DNA from: Mobula hypostoma
Lineage: Eukaryota
Reading direction: 5' to 3'
Assembly (NCBI RefSeq): GCF_963921235.1
Contig: NC_086108.1
Span: 13,082,001 to 13,146,000, forward strand
DNA: 64,000 bases
How positions within the stretch are numbered: the first letter of the stretch is position 1; the number at the start of each line of letters is the position of its first letter. The position numbers and the translations under genes are program-made. Under the pieces are notes generated by a model. The model was given only the letters and a program-made list of their open reading frames with translations, did no database searches and was not told where the DNA came from. Below, piece after piece: positions 49,845 through 63,821 of this stretch.

Positions 49845-51760
49845 TTAGGCCATTTTGTCCATCGTGTCTGCTATGCCAGTTCATCATGGCTAATCGAATT
49901 TTCCTCTCAGCCCCACTCTCCTGCCTTCTCCACTTCCCTTCATGCCCTGACCAATCAAGAATCTATCAACTTCTGCCTTAAATATACATAAAGAGTTGGC
50001 CTCCATAGCTGCCTATGACAAAGAGTTTTACAGATTGATCATTCTCTAGCTGAAGAAATTCCTCCACATCTCCATTCTAAAAGGACGACCCTCTATTCTG
50101 AGACTGTATCCTCAATTCTTAGACTCTCCCACCATAGGAACATCCCCTCCACATCCACTCTATCAAGGCCTTTCACCATTCGATGGGTTTCAATGAGGTC
50201 ACCTATCATTCTTCTGAATTCAAGTGAATACAGGCCCAGAGCCATTCAATCCTGGAGACATCTTCGTGAACCACCTTTGAACTCTCTCCTGTTTCAGCAC
50301 ATCCTTTCTAAGATAAGATGCCCCAATCTGCCACAATACTCCAAGTGAGGCCTCACTAGTGCTTTATAAAGTCTCAACATTACATCTTTGCTTTTATGTT
50401 CTAGTCCTCTTGAAAGGATTGCTGACAGTGCATTTGCCGCCTTCACCACAGACTCAATATGTATATTAGGGAACTCTGCACAGGAACTCACTCCCAAGTC
50501 CCTTTGCACCTCAGTTTTTGTATTTTCTCTCCATTTAGAAAATAGTTTCATTTCTTCTACCAAAGTACATAACCATACACTTCCTGACACTGTATTCCAT
50601 CTGCCACTTCTTTGCCTATTCTCCTAATCTGTCTAAGTCCTTCTGTAACCTCTCTACTTCCTCAAAACTTGCTGCTCCTTCACCTGTCTCTATATCATCT
50701 ACAAACTTTGCAACAAAAATATCAATACCATCATCCAAATCATTGACATGTAATGTAAAAAGAATTGGTCCCTGTGATCCCTGTGGAACACCATTAGTTA
50801 CTGGCAGCCAACCAGAAAAGGCTCCCTTTATTCCCACTCTTTACTCCTGCCAGTCAGCCACTGCTTTATCCATCCTGCAATACCATGGGCTCGTAGCTTG
50901 CTAAGCAGCCTCACGTGTGTCACCTCGTCAAAGGCCTTCTGAAAATCCAAGCACACAACATAACCTATTCTTCTGTGCTATCCTGCTTGTTATTTTTACA
51001 AAGAATTCCAACAGATTTGTCAGACAAGATTTTCCTGTGAGGAAGCCATGCTGACTATGGCCTATTTTATCATGTGCCTCCAAGTACCCTGAGAACTCAT
51101 CCTTAATAATCAACTCCAGCATCTTTCCAATCACTGAGGTCAGACTAACTGCCTACAGTTTCCTTTCTTCTGTCTCTCTCCCTTCTTGAAGAGTGGAGTG
51201 CGTTTGCAATTTTCCGGTCTTCTGGAACCATTCTAGTGATTCTTGAAAGTTCATTACTAATGACACCATAATCTCTTCAGCCACCTCTTTTAGAACCCTG
51301 GGATGTACACCATCTTGTTCAGGTGACTTATCTACTTTCAGACCTTTCAGTTTCCCAAGAACCTTCTCTCTAGTAATGGTAACTTGACACACTTGGTGAC
51401 CCCTGACACTTGGAACTTCCACCATACTGCTTGTGTCTTCCACAGTGAAGACTGACTCAAAATACTTACTTGTTTTGTCCGCCATTACTACCTCTCCACT
51501 GTCATTTTCCAGTGCTCCAATATCCTCTTTAATGTTATTGGCTAACTTACTTTCGTATTCCATCTTTACCTTCTTAAAGGCTTTTTAGTTACCTTCTGTT
51601 GGTTTTTAAAAGCTTCCCAATACCCTAACTTCCCACTAATCTTTGCTGTATTATATGCCCTCCCTTTGGCTTTTATGTTGGCTTTGACTTCTCTGTTAGC
51701 CATGGTTGTGTCATCTTGACTTTAGAATACTTCTTCCTCTTCAGGATGTATATATCCACT
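49845..51760 (-). mobile_element. Degenerate CR1 ORF2 fragment
   Basis: ORFs 50294-51563 with CR1 RT motifs. Confidence 0.85.
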
Positions 51761-53449
51761 GTCTTTTTATTTGCTTGCCTTCTCTGAGCGAAACCTCTCT
51801 TCTCTGAAGCCTTGAAGAGTTAAAGCCTCAAGATTACCACTTTGACTCTGTCCACTATGGCCAATGGGCTTGCCCCCGCCTTCCTTTCATTTGCTCTTGG
51901 TAATCACTTGCAAAGCCAATTAGCTGGTGGTCAAAGCTCTTACTCACTGTACAGACCCACTGTTGCCTTTTGTACTCAGACAGTGGACCTGATTGAAGTC
52001 CCTTCCTCTCAAAACTTCCAGTGTCCGGATTGGCCACCGGTCAAAGCTCTCACTCGCTGTACCGGCCTGCTGTTGCCTTTTGTACTCGGTAAAGTTTAGG
52101 AAGCTAAAGTCAAACATTGAGGATTATAAATAAACTAGAAAAATACTCAAGCATGTATTAAAAAGAGTAAGGAAGGGCCCTGAAAATTAATTGAACAGTA
52201 GAAGTAAATAGAATCCCAAAGCATTCTATACAACAAGAGTAAGAAGATAACTAGGGAGAGAGTAGAATCACTTGGGGTGTTGAAGGCTGAGGATCACAAA
52301 TGAGTACTTTACATTAGTATTTACAAAGGAAAAGGATGTGGGAGATTTGAAGGTCAGTATAGAAAGTGCTAATTTGTGAGGATATTTTGGGATAAAGAAG
52401 GAGGTAGTGTTGCCTCTCTTAAAGATCATTAAGATGGATAAGTCCTCAGACCCCGATGGGATATATCCCAGAATTCTGAAAAAGGCAGATGATGTAATTG
52501 CTATGGCCTTGACAATATATTTGTGTCATCTCTAGCCACTGGAGAGGTCTGGGTAATGGCTAATGTTGTTCTATTGTCTTACCAAAGTGAGTTTTTTAAG
52601 GAGACGACAAAAGTAATTGATAGAGCTATGAATGTTGCTACATGGATTTTAGACCATAAAATAGAAACAAAATTAGGCCATTAGGCTAATCAAATCTGCT
52701 CTGCCATTTCATGATGGGTGATTTATAAGAGCAACACATACAGAATGCTGGGGAATTCACAAAAATGATTCCAGAACTGAATGGTTTATCATATGAAAAG
52801 CACTTGATGGCTCTGGGTCTGTATTCACCAGAATTCAGAATAATGAGGGGTGACCTCTTTGAAACCTATTGAATGGTGAAAAGCCTCAAATGAGTGGATG
52901 TGGAGAGGATGTTTCCTATGATGGGAGAGTCTAAGACCAGAAGACACAGCTTCAGAATAGAGGGACGTCCTTCTAGAACGGAGATGTGGAGGAATTTCTT
53001 TAGCCAGAGGGTGGTGAATCTGTGGAATTCTTTGCTACAGGCAGCTGTGGAGGCCAAGTCTTTATGTATATTTAAGGCAGAGGTTGATAGGTTCTTGACT
53101 GGTTGAGGCATGAAGGGCAGGAAAGTGGAGCTGAGAGGAAAATTGGATCAGCCATGATGAAATGGTGGAGCAGACTCAATGGGATAAATAGTCTAATTTG
53201 GCTCCTATATCTTATGGCCTTACAGAATTCAGCGAGTCAGACCAAAGGAGGGGAATGAACAGTCAATGATTCAGTCCGACACCCTTCATCAGTACTGGAA
53301 AGGAAGGGGGAAGAAACCAGAATAGGAAGGTGGGAGAGGGGGTTGTGGGTTGTGTGGAAGCCAAACAAGCTGGCAGGTGATAGGTGAAACCAGGTGAGGA
53401 GGACATCTCAGGTGCTCTGGAATGGAAATCCTCATCCCGAGAATAGATG

Positions 53450-54045
53450 TGAACTGAGGCCCGAGTAGAAAAGCAGCAGTAAGTCGCGGCGGTAAAAAAT
53501 TTGCTTTGACTAGCAACCAATCGCCATTTGGGATTGATTAGCAAGAGCAAATTAAAGGAAGGCAGGGTCAAGTGCAGTGGCCATAGTCTGAGTAAACAGA
53601 GTCAGTGTGGTGATCTTGAGGATTCAACAAAGGGAGGCTTCAGTCAGAGAAAGCAGGAAAAAAAATCGAAAAGCACTGGGTTAAGTTTTTTTCTTCCTTC
53701 CCTTCTTTGTATCTGCTAAGTTAGGACAGTAGAGATGCCAGCAGGGTATTGCAATCTCCTCTTGCGGGATGTGGGAAGCCAGGGACACCTCCAGTTTCTC
53801 GGACGACTACAGCTGTGAGAAGTGCATCCAACTGCAGCTTCTAACAATCCACATTAAGGAGCTGGAGCTGGAAATGAACGAACTCCAGATCATTCAGGAG
53901 GCTGAGGGGGTGATAGACAGGACGTGCAGAGAGGTAGTTACACCCAAGGCGCAGGACACATGAGACTGGTTGAGTGTCAGAAAGGGAAAGGGGTTAAGGA
54001 GCCAGTGCAGAGGATCTCTGTGGCCATCCCCCTCAAAAACAGGTG
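53450..54045 (+). mobile_element. CR1 5' fragment (ORF1 zinc finger and leucine zipper)
   Basis: CGMWE...DDYSCEKCIQLQLL..HIKELELE. Confidence 0.7.
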
Positions 54046-54099
54046 TGTAAAGTTCAAAGTAAAATTTAGTATCAGAGTACATACATGTCACCACATACT

Positions 54100-55960
54100 A
54101 TCACAGAAACATAGAAAAATCTACAGCACAATACAGGCCCTTCAGCCCACAAAGCTGTGCTGAACATGTCCTTACCTTAGAATGACCTAGGCTTACCCAT
54201 AGCGCTCTATCTTTCTAAGCTCCATGTATCTATCCAGGAGTCTCTTAAAAGACCCTATTGTTTCTGCCTCCACCACCGCCGCCAGCAGCCCACTCCACAC
54301 ACTCACCACTCTCTGCATAAAAAACTTACCCCTGACATCTCCTCTGTACCTACTTCCAAGCACCTTAAAACTATGCCTTCCTGGGAAAAAGCCTCTGACT
54401 ATCCACACGATCAATGCCTCTCATCATCTTATACACCTCTATCAGATCACCTCTCATCCTCCATCACTCCAAGGGAAAAAAGCCGAGTTCATTCAACCTA
54501 TTCTCATAAGGCATGCTCCCCAATCCAGGCAACATCCTTGTAAATTCCCTCTGCACCCTTTCTATAGTTTTCACGTCTTTCCTGTAATGAGGCAACCAGA
54601 ATTGAGCACAGTACACCAAGTGAGGTCTGACCAGGGTCCTATATAGCTGCAACATTACCTCTCAGCTCTTAAACTCAATCCCACAATTGATGAAGGCCAA
54701 TGCACCATATGTCTTCTTAATCACAGAGTCAACCTGCGTACAGCTTTGAGTGTCCTATGGACTCTGACCCCAAGATCCCTCTGATCCTCTGCACTGCCAA
54801 GAGTCTTACCATTAATACTATATTCTGCCATCATATCTGACCTACCAAAATGAACCACCTCACACTTATCAGGGTTGAACTCCATCTGCCACTTCTCAGC
54901 TCGGTTTTGCATCCTATGAATGTCCCGCTGTAACCTCTGACAGCCCTCCACACTATCCACAACACCCCCAACCTTTGTGACATCAGCAAACCTACTAACC
55001 CATCCCTCCACTTCCTCATCCAGGCCACTTATGAAAATCATGAACAGTAGAGGTCCCAGAACAGATCACTGAGGCTCACCACTGGTCACCGACCTCCATG
55101 CAGAATATGACCCATCTACAACCACACTTTGCCTTCTGTTTGCAAGCCAGTTCAGGATCAACAAAGAAATGTCCCCTTGGATCCCATGCCTCCTAACTTT
55201 CTCAATAAGCCTTGCATGGGGTACCTTATCAAATGCCTTGCTGAAATCCATATACACTACATCTATGGCTCTACCTTCATCAATGTGTTTAGTCACATCC
55301 TCAAAAAATTCAATCAGGCTCATAAGGCACGACCTGCCTTTGACAAAGCCATGCTGACTATTCCTAATCATATTTTGCCTCTCCAAATGCTCATAATTCC
55401 TGCCTCTCAGGATCTTCTCCATCAACTTACCAATCACTGAAGTAAGACTCACTGGCCTATAATTTCCTGAGCTATCTCTACTCCCTTTCTTGAATAAGGG
55501 AACAACATCCACAACCCTCCAATCCTCCGGAACCTCTCCCATCCTCATTGATGATGCAAAGATCATCGCCAGAGGCTCAGCAATCTCTTCCCTCACTTCC
55601 CACAGTAGCCTGGGGTACATCCTGTCCAGTCAAGAGGATATCCTCTTCCTTAATATCTAAATGCTCAAGCTTTTCAGTCTGCTGCAAGTCATCCCTACAA
55701 TCACCAAGATCCTTTTCCATAGTGAATACTGCAGCAAAGTATTCGTTAAGTACCTCTGCTATCTCCTCCAGTTCCATACACACTTTTCCACTATCACACT
55801 TGATTGGTCCTATTCTCTTGTATCTTATCCTCTTGCTCTTCACATACTTGTAGAATGCCTTGGGGTTTTCCTTAATCCTGTCCGCCAAGGCCTTTTTATG
55901 GCCCCTTTTGGCTTTCCTAATTTCATTCTTAAACTCCTTCCTGCTCCCCTTATAATTTTG
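54100..55960 (-). mobile_element. CR1 ORF2/3' fragment
   Basis: ORFs 54193-55888 with RT motifs NYRPVSLTS, YMDFSKAFDKV, RFAD.TK. Confidence 0.9.
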
Positions 55961-56199
55961 AGATTCTTTTTTCTGTAGGCATACTTTGCAAATCTCTAGA
56001 ACAATAACTGTAAACTATAAACATCAGGAACTGTAAGCTGTAAACAAACTGAAAATGCAGATATAAATAAATAGCAATAAATAACAAGCATGAAATAATA
56101 AGATAAAAGAGTCCTTAAATGAGTGAAGTTATCCCCTTTTGTTCAAGAGCCTGATGGTTGAGGGGTAGTAACTGTTCCTGAACCTGGTGGTGTGAGTCC

Positions 56200-57890
56200 T
56201 GAGAGAGAAGGTTCTTGTGAAACTGAAAGGTGTGATGGTAGATAAATCACCTGAATCAGGTGGTGTGAAACCCCAGGGTTCTGAAAGAGGTGGCTGATGA
56301 AATTGAGGAGACGTTAAAATATGATCCTTTAAGAATCATTAGATTCTGTAATGGTTCCTGAAGACTGGAAAATTGCAAATGTCACTCAACTCTTCAAGAA
56401 GGAAGAGAAGCAGAAGAAAGGAAACTATAGGCCAGATATTCTGACCTCAGTGGTTAGGAAGATGTTGGAATCGATTGTTAAGGAGGAGGTCTTAGAGTAC
56501 ATGATAAAATAGGCCATAGTCAGCATGGTTTCCTCAAGGGAAAATCTGCCTGACATACCTATTGGAAATCTGAAGAAATAACAAGCAGGATAGACAAAAG
56601 AGAATTGGTTGATGTTGTGTACTTGGATTTTCAGAAGGCCTTTGATAAGATATCACACGAGGCTGCTTAACAAGCTATGAGCCAATGGAATTATATGCAA
56701 GATTCTAGCATGGATAAAGCAATGGCTGATTGGCAGGAGGCAAAGAGTGGGAAAAAAGGGAGCCTTTTCTGGTTGGTTGCTGGTGACTAGTGGTGTTCCA
56801 CAGGGGTCTGTGTTGTGACAGATTCTTTTTACATTATATTGCAATGATTTGGATGATGGAATTGTTACGTGAAGATATGTATGCGGGGCAGGTAGTTTTG
56901 AGGAAGCAGAGATGCTACAAAAGGACTAAGACAGATCAGGAGAATGGGCAAGATCATGGCAGATCTTGTTCATCTTTCTATCTATGCATAAACTGAAGAA
57001 AAAAACTAAGTTTTAGGCCATAAAATATAGGAGCAGAATTAGGCCATTTGGCCCATCGACTGCTCCGCCATTTCATCATGGCTGATCCAATTTTCCCTCT
57101 CAGCCCCAATCTCCTGCCTTCTCCCCGTATCCCTTCCTGTGCCGACCAATCAAGAATCTATCAATCTTTGCCTTAAATCTACATAATGACTTGGCCTCCA
57201 CGGCTGCCTGTGGCAAAGAATTCCACAGATTCTCCACCCTCTGGCTAAAGAAATTCCTCCTCAACTCAGTTCTAAAGGATGCCCCTCTGGTCTGAGACTC
57301 TCCCACCACAAGAATCGTCCTCTCCACATCCACTCTCCCAGGACCTTTCACCATATAATAGGTTTCAATGAGGTCACCGTTCATTCTTCTGAATTCTAGT
57401 GAATACAGGCCCAGAGCCATCAAATGCTCTTCATGTGACAAGCCATCCAATTGTGGAATCATTTTCATGAACCTCATTTGAAGCTTCTCTGGTTTAAGCA
57501 CATTCTTTCTAAGATAGGGGGCCCAAAACTGTTCACACTACTCGCCAGTACTTTATAATGTCTCAACTTTACATCCTTGCTTTTATATTCTAGTCCTCTT
57601 GAAATGAATGCTAACATCACAATTGCCTTCCTCACCACAGACTCTACCTGCAAATTAACCTTTAAGGAATCTTGCACAAGGACTCCCAAGTCCCTTTGCA
57701 CCTCAGTTTTTAAAATTTTTTTCTCCATTTAGAAAACAGTCTACACTTTTATTTCTGCTACCAAAGTGCTTGACCATACTCTTCCCAAAACTGTATTGCA
57801 TTCCCCCAATCTGCCCAAGTCCTTCTGTGGCCTCTCTGCTTCCTGAAAACTACTTGCTCTCCACTTATGTTCAAAACTTCTGCAAACTTG
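56200..57890. mobile_element. Two convergent CR1 fragments (plus 56200-56950, minus 57010-57890)
   Basis: CR1 RT and C-terminal motifs on opposite strands. Confidence 0.8.
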
Positions 57891-58093
57891 GCCACCCCCT
57901 CTAAAATGTAAGATGGTTAATGGGACAAGTTAATGCAATTGATTGTATGGAGAGTGCAGGGTAACCTATACTGGTCACGGCTGACAAATCTGTTTCTGTC
58001 TTGTGATTTCTGTCAATAAGCAGATGTCCAGTGTCTGTGATCCATGAAGATGATGGCTGAGCCACCATTGCTTACCAATCTTCTTTCTTCCAG

Positions 58094-58258
58094 CGACGCC
58101 TGCAAGGGAGGAGAATGAATGCTACTACAACCTGAATGATGTGCAGCTGTGCCAGAATATCCTGGCAAGCAATGTTTCACGGCAAGAGTGCTGCTGTACT
58201 GTCGGAGAGGGATGGGGCAAAGACTGCAGAATCTACCAGTGTCCTGTGTACGACTCCG
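58094..58258 (+). CDS. LTBP4: LTBP4-like exon, first part of TB3 (8-Cys) domain, (A)TPAREENECYYNLNDVQLCQNILASNVSRQECCCTVGEGWGKDCRIYQCPVYDS
   Basis: ttctttcttccag acceptor, G|gtaaga donor, 165 nt. Has a CCC triplet, the N-x-S sequon, and the CCCTVGEGWG...CRIxQCP motif typical of LTBP4. Confidence 0.93.
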
Positions 58259-59497
58259 GTAAGAGCCCGTTACACTCAGTACAGGTCTCCAGCATAAACC
58301 GGTTTATGGAGTTGGACATGGCCGCCTCTTGTCCCAAGATGAAGCCACCCTCAGCGTGGAGGAGCAACACCTTGTATTCTGTCTGTGTAGCCTCCAACCT
58401 GATGGACGAACATTGATTTCTCCTCCTGGAAGACAAATTTTCCCACCTCATTCTGACATTTTACCTCTTCTCACCTGTCTATCATCTTCCCCTGGGTGTC
58501 CTCCTCTTTGCTTTCCTCCTATTGTCCAGTTTCCTATCATATTCTCCTTCTCCAGCTCTTGACTGTTCCCACCCACCAGGCTTCATCAATCACCTTCTTG
58601 CTTGCCTCCTTCTCCTCCCCCCACCTTTTTATTCTGGCATCTCCACACCAACCCCCCCCCCCGCCCCCGCAGTCCCAGAGAAGGGCCTCGGCCCAGAGCG
58701 TTTTGACTGTCTGTTCATATCCTTAGGTACAGCCTGACCTGCTGAGCTTGTGTGCGTTGTCCTGCATTTGGAGTTGTGAGGAGAGGGGATGGAGGAAGGG
58801 TGGAGGAAGTGAGATGCAGTAAGTTGTATGGGAAGGGGTTTGACAATCTGTCCATCACCCGGTCTGGGGAAGGTTGTTCTTCACTAATATAAGTGTCACA
58901 AAGTCAGAAATGACCACAGCTCCCTTGGCTATTTTATTAGGAAGAGGAAGAAGAGATTCTCAGGAAGGAAAATGGATCATTAAAACAATTTGTTTAGTAG
59001 CAGTGCCTGGTTATAATAAAGAGACTTGCAGAAAGAAGTCAGTGCATTTGGGACGTAACAAAATGCTCCAGACAGTTATCAGCAGTGCATACACAGGTGT
59101 GTTTGCAAATAGTAAACAACACACACACGAAATGCTGGAGGAACTCAGCAGGCCAGGCAGCATCTGTGGAAAAGAGTAAACAGTCAACATTTCAGGCCGA
59201 GACATTTCTAACATCCGCAGATTTTCTCATGTTTTAGCAAATGGTAAATAGTTTTCAAGCACAAACACCCATAGCGACAGGAGAAATTCAAGGTAATATT
59301 AAATCAAAGGAAGAGTTTTAGAAATGGCAGAAGGCGTTGACTGAAGATCATTTTAGAAATCAGGAGTGGAACATGAAATTGATATGATAGAACTGAATCA
59401 GGATCTGAATCAGGTTTAATATCACCGGCATATGTTGTGAAATTTGTAGCTGTACAATGTAATACATAATAATAGAGAAAAAAACTGAATTGCAGCA

Positions 59498-60740
59498 AGA
59501 GACATAATCTGATTAGGGATAGTCAACATGGTTTTGTCAAGGGCAGGTTGTGCCTTATGAGCCAGATTGAATTCTTTGAGGATGTAACAAAACATATTGA
59601 TGAAGGTTGAGCAGTGGACGTAGTGTATATGGATTTCAGTAAGGCATTTGATAAGGTTCCCCATACAAGGCTCCTTCAAAAAGTAAGGAGGCATGGGATC
59701 CAAGGAGACTTTGCTTTGTGGATCCAGAATTGGCTTGCAAAGGGTAGTTGTAGATGGTTCATATTCTGCATGGAAGGCGGTGACCCAGTGGTGTTCCACA
59801 GGAATCTGTTCTAGGACCCCTCCTCTTTGTGATTTTTATAAGTGACCTGGGTGAAGAAGTAGAAGGGTGGGTGAGTAGGTTTGGTGATGACACAAAGGTT
59901 GGGGGTGTTGTGGATAGTCTGGAGGGTTGTCAGAGGTTACAGTGGGACCTCGAGAGAATGCAGAACTGGGCTGAGAAGTGGCAGATGGACTTCAACCCAG
60001 ACGAGTGTGAAGTGATTCAATTTGGTAGGTCAAATGCAGTGTGGAGGATCTAAGAGATCTTGGGGTTCGTGTCCGTAGGACACTCAAAGCTGCTGCGCAG
60101 GTTGACAGTGTTGGTAAGAAGGCATATGGTGTGTTGGCGTACATCAACCATGGGATTGAGTTCAAGAGCCATGACGTAATCTTACAGCTATACAAGATCT
60201 TGGTCAGTCCCCACTTGGAGTACTGTGTTCCATTCTGGTCACCTCACTACAGGAAGGATGTGGATATTATAGAGAGAGTGCAGAGGAGATTTACAAGGAT
60301 GTTGCCTGGATTGGACGGTGTACCTTATGAGAACAGGTCGAGTGAAATTGGCCTTTTCTCCTTGGAGCAATGGAGGATGAGAGGTGACCTGATAGAGGGG
60401 CATTGATCATGTGGATAGCCAGAGGCTTTTTCCCAGGGCTGAAATGGCTGACACGAGGGGGCATAGTTTTAAGGTGCTTGGAAAGAGGTACTGAGGGGAT
60501 GTCAGTGGTAGGTTTTTCACACAGAGGGTGGTGGGTGCGTGGAATGCAGTGCCGGCAGCGGTGGTGGAAGCGGATACAATAGGGTCTTTTAAGATCCTCT
60601 TAGATAGGTACATGGAGCTTAGAAAAATAGAGGGCTATGCGCTAGGGAAATTCTATGCAGTTTCTAGAGTAGTTTGCATGGTCGGTACAACATTGTGTGC
60701 CGCAGGGCCTGTAATGTGTTGTAGATTTCTATGTTCTATA
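59498..60740 (+). mobile_element. CR1 ORF2/3' fragment, same subfamily as 54100-55960 but opposite orientation
   Basis: Shared peptide IFISxLxEEVEGWVSRFxDxTKVGGVVDSxEGCQRLQ and shared 3' end. Confidence 0.9.
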
Positions 60741-62162
60741 TAAGTATATGTATATTAAATAGTTCAATTAAATAAGTAGGACAATTTTTTAAAGTAGTGA
60801 GGTAGTGTTCATGGGTTCAATATCCATTCAGAAATCTGATGGCAGAGGGGAAAAAGCTGCTTCTGAATCATAGATTGTATGTCTTCAGGCTTCTGTACCT
60901 CCTTCCTGATGGCAACAATGAGAAGAGGACATGTCCTGGATGATTGGTGGTCCTTAATGATGGACACTGCCTTTTTTAAGGCATTGCTCATTGAAGATGC
61001 CCTGGATACCTGGCGGCTAGTGCCCATGTTGGAGCTGATTAAATTTACAACTCTCTGCAGCTTATTTTGATCCTGAGCCATGCGCCCCCCCCCCCACGTA
61101 CCAATCAGTGATGCAGCCAGTTAGAATATTCTCCTCCTGTAGAAATTTGCAAGTACACAGCTACATTGAGTTCCAGCAGGTACAAATGAAGGGAAAAACT
61201 AGAAAGGGCAAACAACAGAAGTTACAATGAAGATTAAACTGAAATCCTGCATACTGAATAGAGATGTTTTCCAAAACCACCGGACCATCTATGTTTAACT
61301 TCTCCAGTGTAGAGGATATGACAATGCACTAATTTGGAAGATATCTAAAGGAAATGACAACTCACTTGGTAGGACTGTTTGAGTCCCTGAATAGTGTGAA
61401 CAGTTGAGGTAGAAGAGTGGTGTTACATCTCTGCAATCACGTAGGAAAACACCATGAGAAAGAATGTGGGCCATGGAAATGGAAAAGGTGCTTGGAGATT
61501 TGAAGACCGTGGAAAAGGGGGGAAGGGGAAGATAGTCTGGTGGCAAACGTGGCCATTGTATATGGGTGCTGACAGGCTGGAGTGTGAGCACCAGAGATTA
61601 TCCTTGTTTTGTCTGAGAGAAGAAGGAAGAAGAGGAGATATTTGAAAGTCAGAGCAGGGTAAAGATTGGCAGCAATATGTGTGAAATTTGTGATTTCCAT
61701 ACAAGTTCACAAAGCAGCCCCAGTCTAGTTGTCGGAGTATTCAATAATGATTTGAGGGAAGAAGTCCAAGTGTAATGAAGCAAAAACCTTACAGCCTTAA
61801 GTCATAGACTAATACAGCTCGGAAAAAGGCCATTTGGCCTATCTAGTCTATGCTAACCAAGCTTGTCCCAATCCGCCAATGTTTGGCCCATAACCTTCGA
61901 AGCCTTTACCATCCATGTACCCGTTCAGCTGTCCTTTAAAAGTGTATTTTGTATCTTCCTCAAAACACTTGCTCGGTCGGCTCATTCTACACGTTATACC
62001 TCCCTTTGTATAAACAAAGTTGCTCCTCAGGTCCATCTTGAGGTAGCTAGCATAGTTAGCACAAGGCTTTACAGTGCCGGCAGGGTCCACTTGAACTTGT
62101 TATGTGGCCATACCATCTCAGCTTCCTCTTCTTTACTGTGGACAGTAGATCTTTGTAGTGTC

Positions 62163-62640
62163 TCATGTGCTGGGTGATGGTCCTTCATGCTTTGTCGTTT
62201 GAGACATGGTCTGTATAGGAGATGCCAAGGAGCCTCTGTAGCATCTCATTTCTACTGCCTGGATCTTCTTTTGCAGTTCTGTTGTCAAAGTCCATGATTC
62301 ACATGCATACAAGAAGACAGAGAGCACAAGTGCATATAGGAGTTTCAGCTTGGATCTGAGAGCGATGTTATTGCCTCTCCAGTTTGGTTTTAGTTTAGCC
62401 AGCGTTGCTGTTTCTCGAGCTGGCCTTGCAAAGACTTTAGGTTTTGATCCTTCCTGGTTGATGATGGCACCAAGATACTTGAACCATTTGACAGTCTCTA
62501 GTCCTTGTCCACTGACAGTGATTTTTGTCATCATTGGCTGTTCACTGTTGCTCAAAGGCTTGGTTTTCTCTGTGCTGATCTCTGTGCCATACCTGGTAGA
62601 TGTATTGTCCAGAGCAACAGAGATCCTCAGCAATAAACAG
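62163..62640 (-). mobile_element. RTE-like LINE fragment (second family)
   Basis: LETVKWFKYLGAII...SVFLYACESWTL...IQAVEMRCYR. Confidence 0.75.
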
Positions 62641-63821
62641 GGAACTATTTACTAAAGGCCCACACTCAATGATTACGGAACAGCTTTTTCCTCACCCATC
62701 CACTATCAGATTTCTGAATGGGCATCGAACCCATGAACACTACATCACTACTTCTTTTGCACTACTTATTCAGTTTAATATATGTGGCATGGTAGTGTAA
62801 TAGTTAGCACAATACTTTACAGTATCAGCGAGCCAGGTTCTCTTCCCATCACTGCCTGTAAGGAGTCTGTACGTTCTCTCCATGACCGTGTGGGTTTCCT
62901 CCGGGTGCTCCAGTTTCAAAGATCTAAGTACATACACTCACCCTAATTCACAGTTTTTCTCTATTATTATGTATTGCATTGTTCTGCTGCCACATAACAA
63001 CAAATTTCATGTCAAATGCTGGTGATATTAAACCTGATTTTGATCTCATTTGCAGACTTACACACCACACCTTGCACATTCTTATCCAAATCATTGACAT
63101 AGATTGCAAACAAGAGGACCTAATACCAGCCCTGAGGCACACGACTCGTTATGGGCCTTCAGCCCAGGAAACTACTCTCTCCGAATCAGAGTCAGCTTTA
63201 TTATCATAGACATATGTCAGGAAAGTTGTTATTTTATTACCGCGGAATAGTGCAAGACTTAAAAAATACTATAAGCTGCAAGGATAAATAAATAAATCGT
63301 CATCATCATCATAGTGTGCCATGTCGTAGGACGTAGGCAATCATAGTCTTTCCATGAATATGATTGTTCTTGGCAAATTCTTCTACAGAACCGGTTTGCC
63401 ATTACCTTCTCCTGGGCAGTGTCTTTACAAGACTGGTGACCCAATCTCTTCCGAGATTGTCTGCCTGGTGTCAGTGTTCGCATAACCAGGACTTGAGATA
63501 CGTACCAGCTGCTCATACGACCGTCCGCCACCTGCTCCAGTGGCTCCACGTGACCCTGATCGGGGAGGGGGGGCTTAGCGGAGGGAAGGAGTGCCTTATA
63601 GCTCCTTTGGTAGAGACACATCCCCACCCCGCCACCCAAAATTAATAAATAAATAGTACTAAGGAGGAATAGTGAGGTAGTGTTCATGGGTTCATGGTCC
63701 ATTCAGAAATTGGACGATGGAGAGGAAGGAGCTGTACCTCCTCGTTGAATGTATTATTGAGAAGTCATGTTCCAGATGGTGAAGGTCCCTAATGATGGAG
63801 GCCACTTCCTTGAGGCACCAA

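Noticed and set aside
51928..52090. About 48-bp direct repeat pair (gtcaaagctct.actc.ctgtac...ctgttgccttttgtactc)
   Set aside because: Only two diverged units next to CR1 debris. Probably a LINE UTR remnant, and not CRISPR-like.
56200..57890. Convergent CR1 fragments as a second twin-priming event
   Set aside because: The inverted piece is on the tail side, the pieces overlap in consensus coordinates, and I saw no enclosing TSD.
91..58258. Alternative gene identity (fibrillin, LTBP1, LTBP2, LTBP3)
   Set aside because: The order of EGF repeats, the EGD.C.P.GECLN and EEFDP.TGRC motifs, and CCCTVGEGWG...CRIxQCP fit LTBP4 best. LTBP2 and fibrillins lack the TB two-residue insertion. A formal phylogeny was not run.
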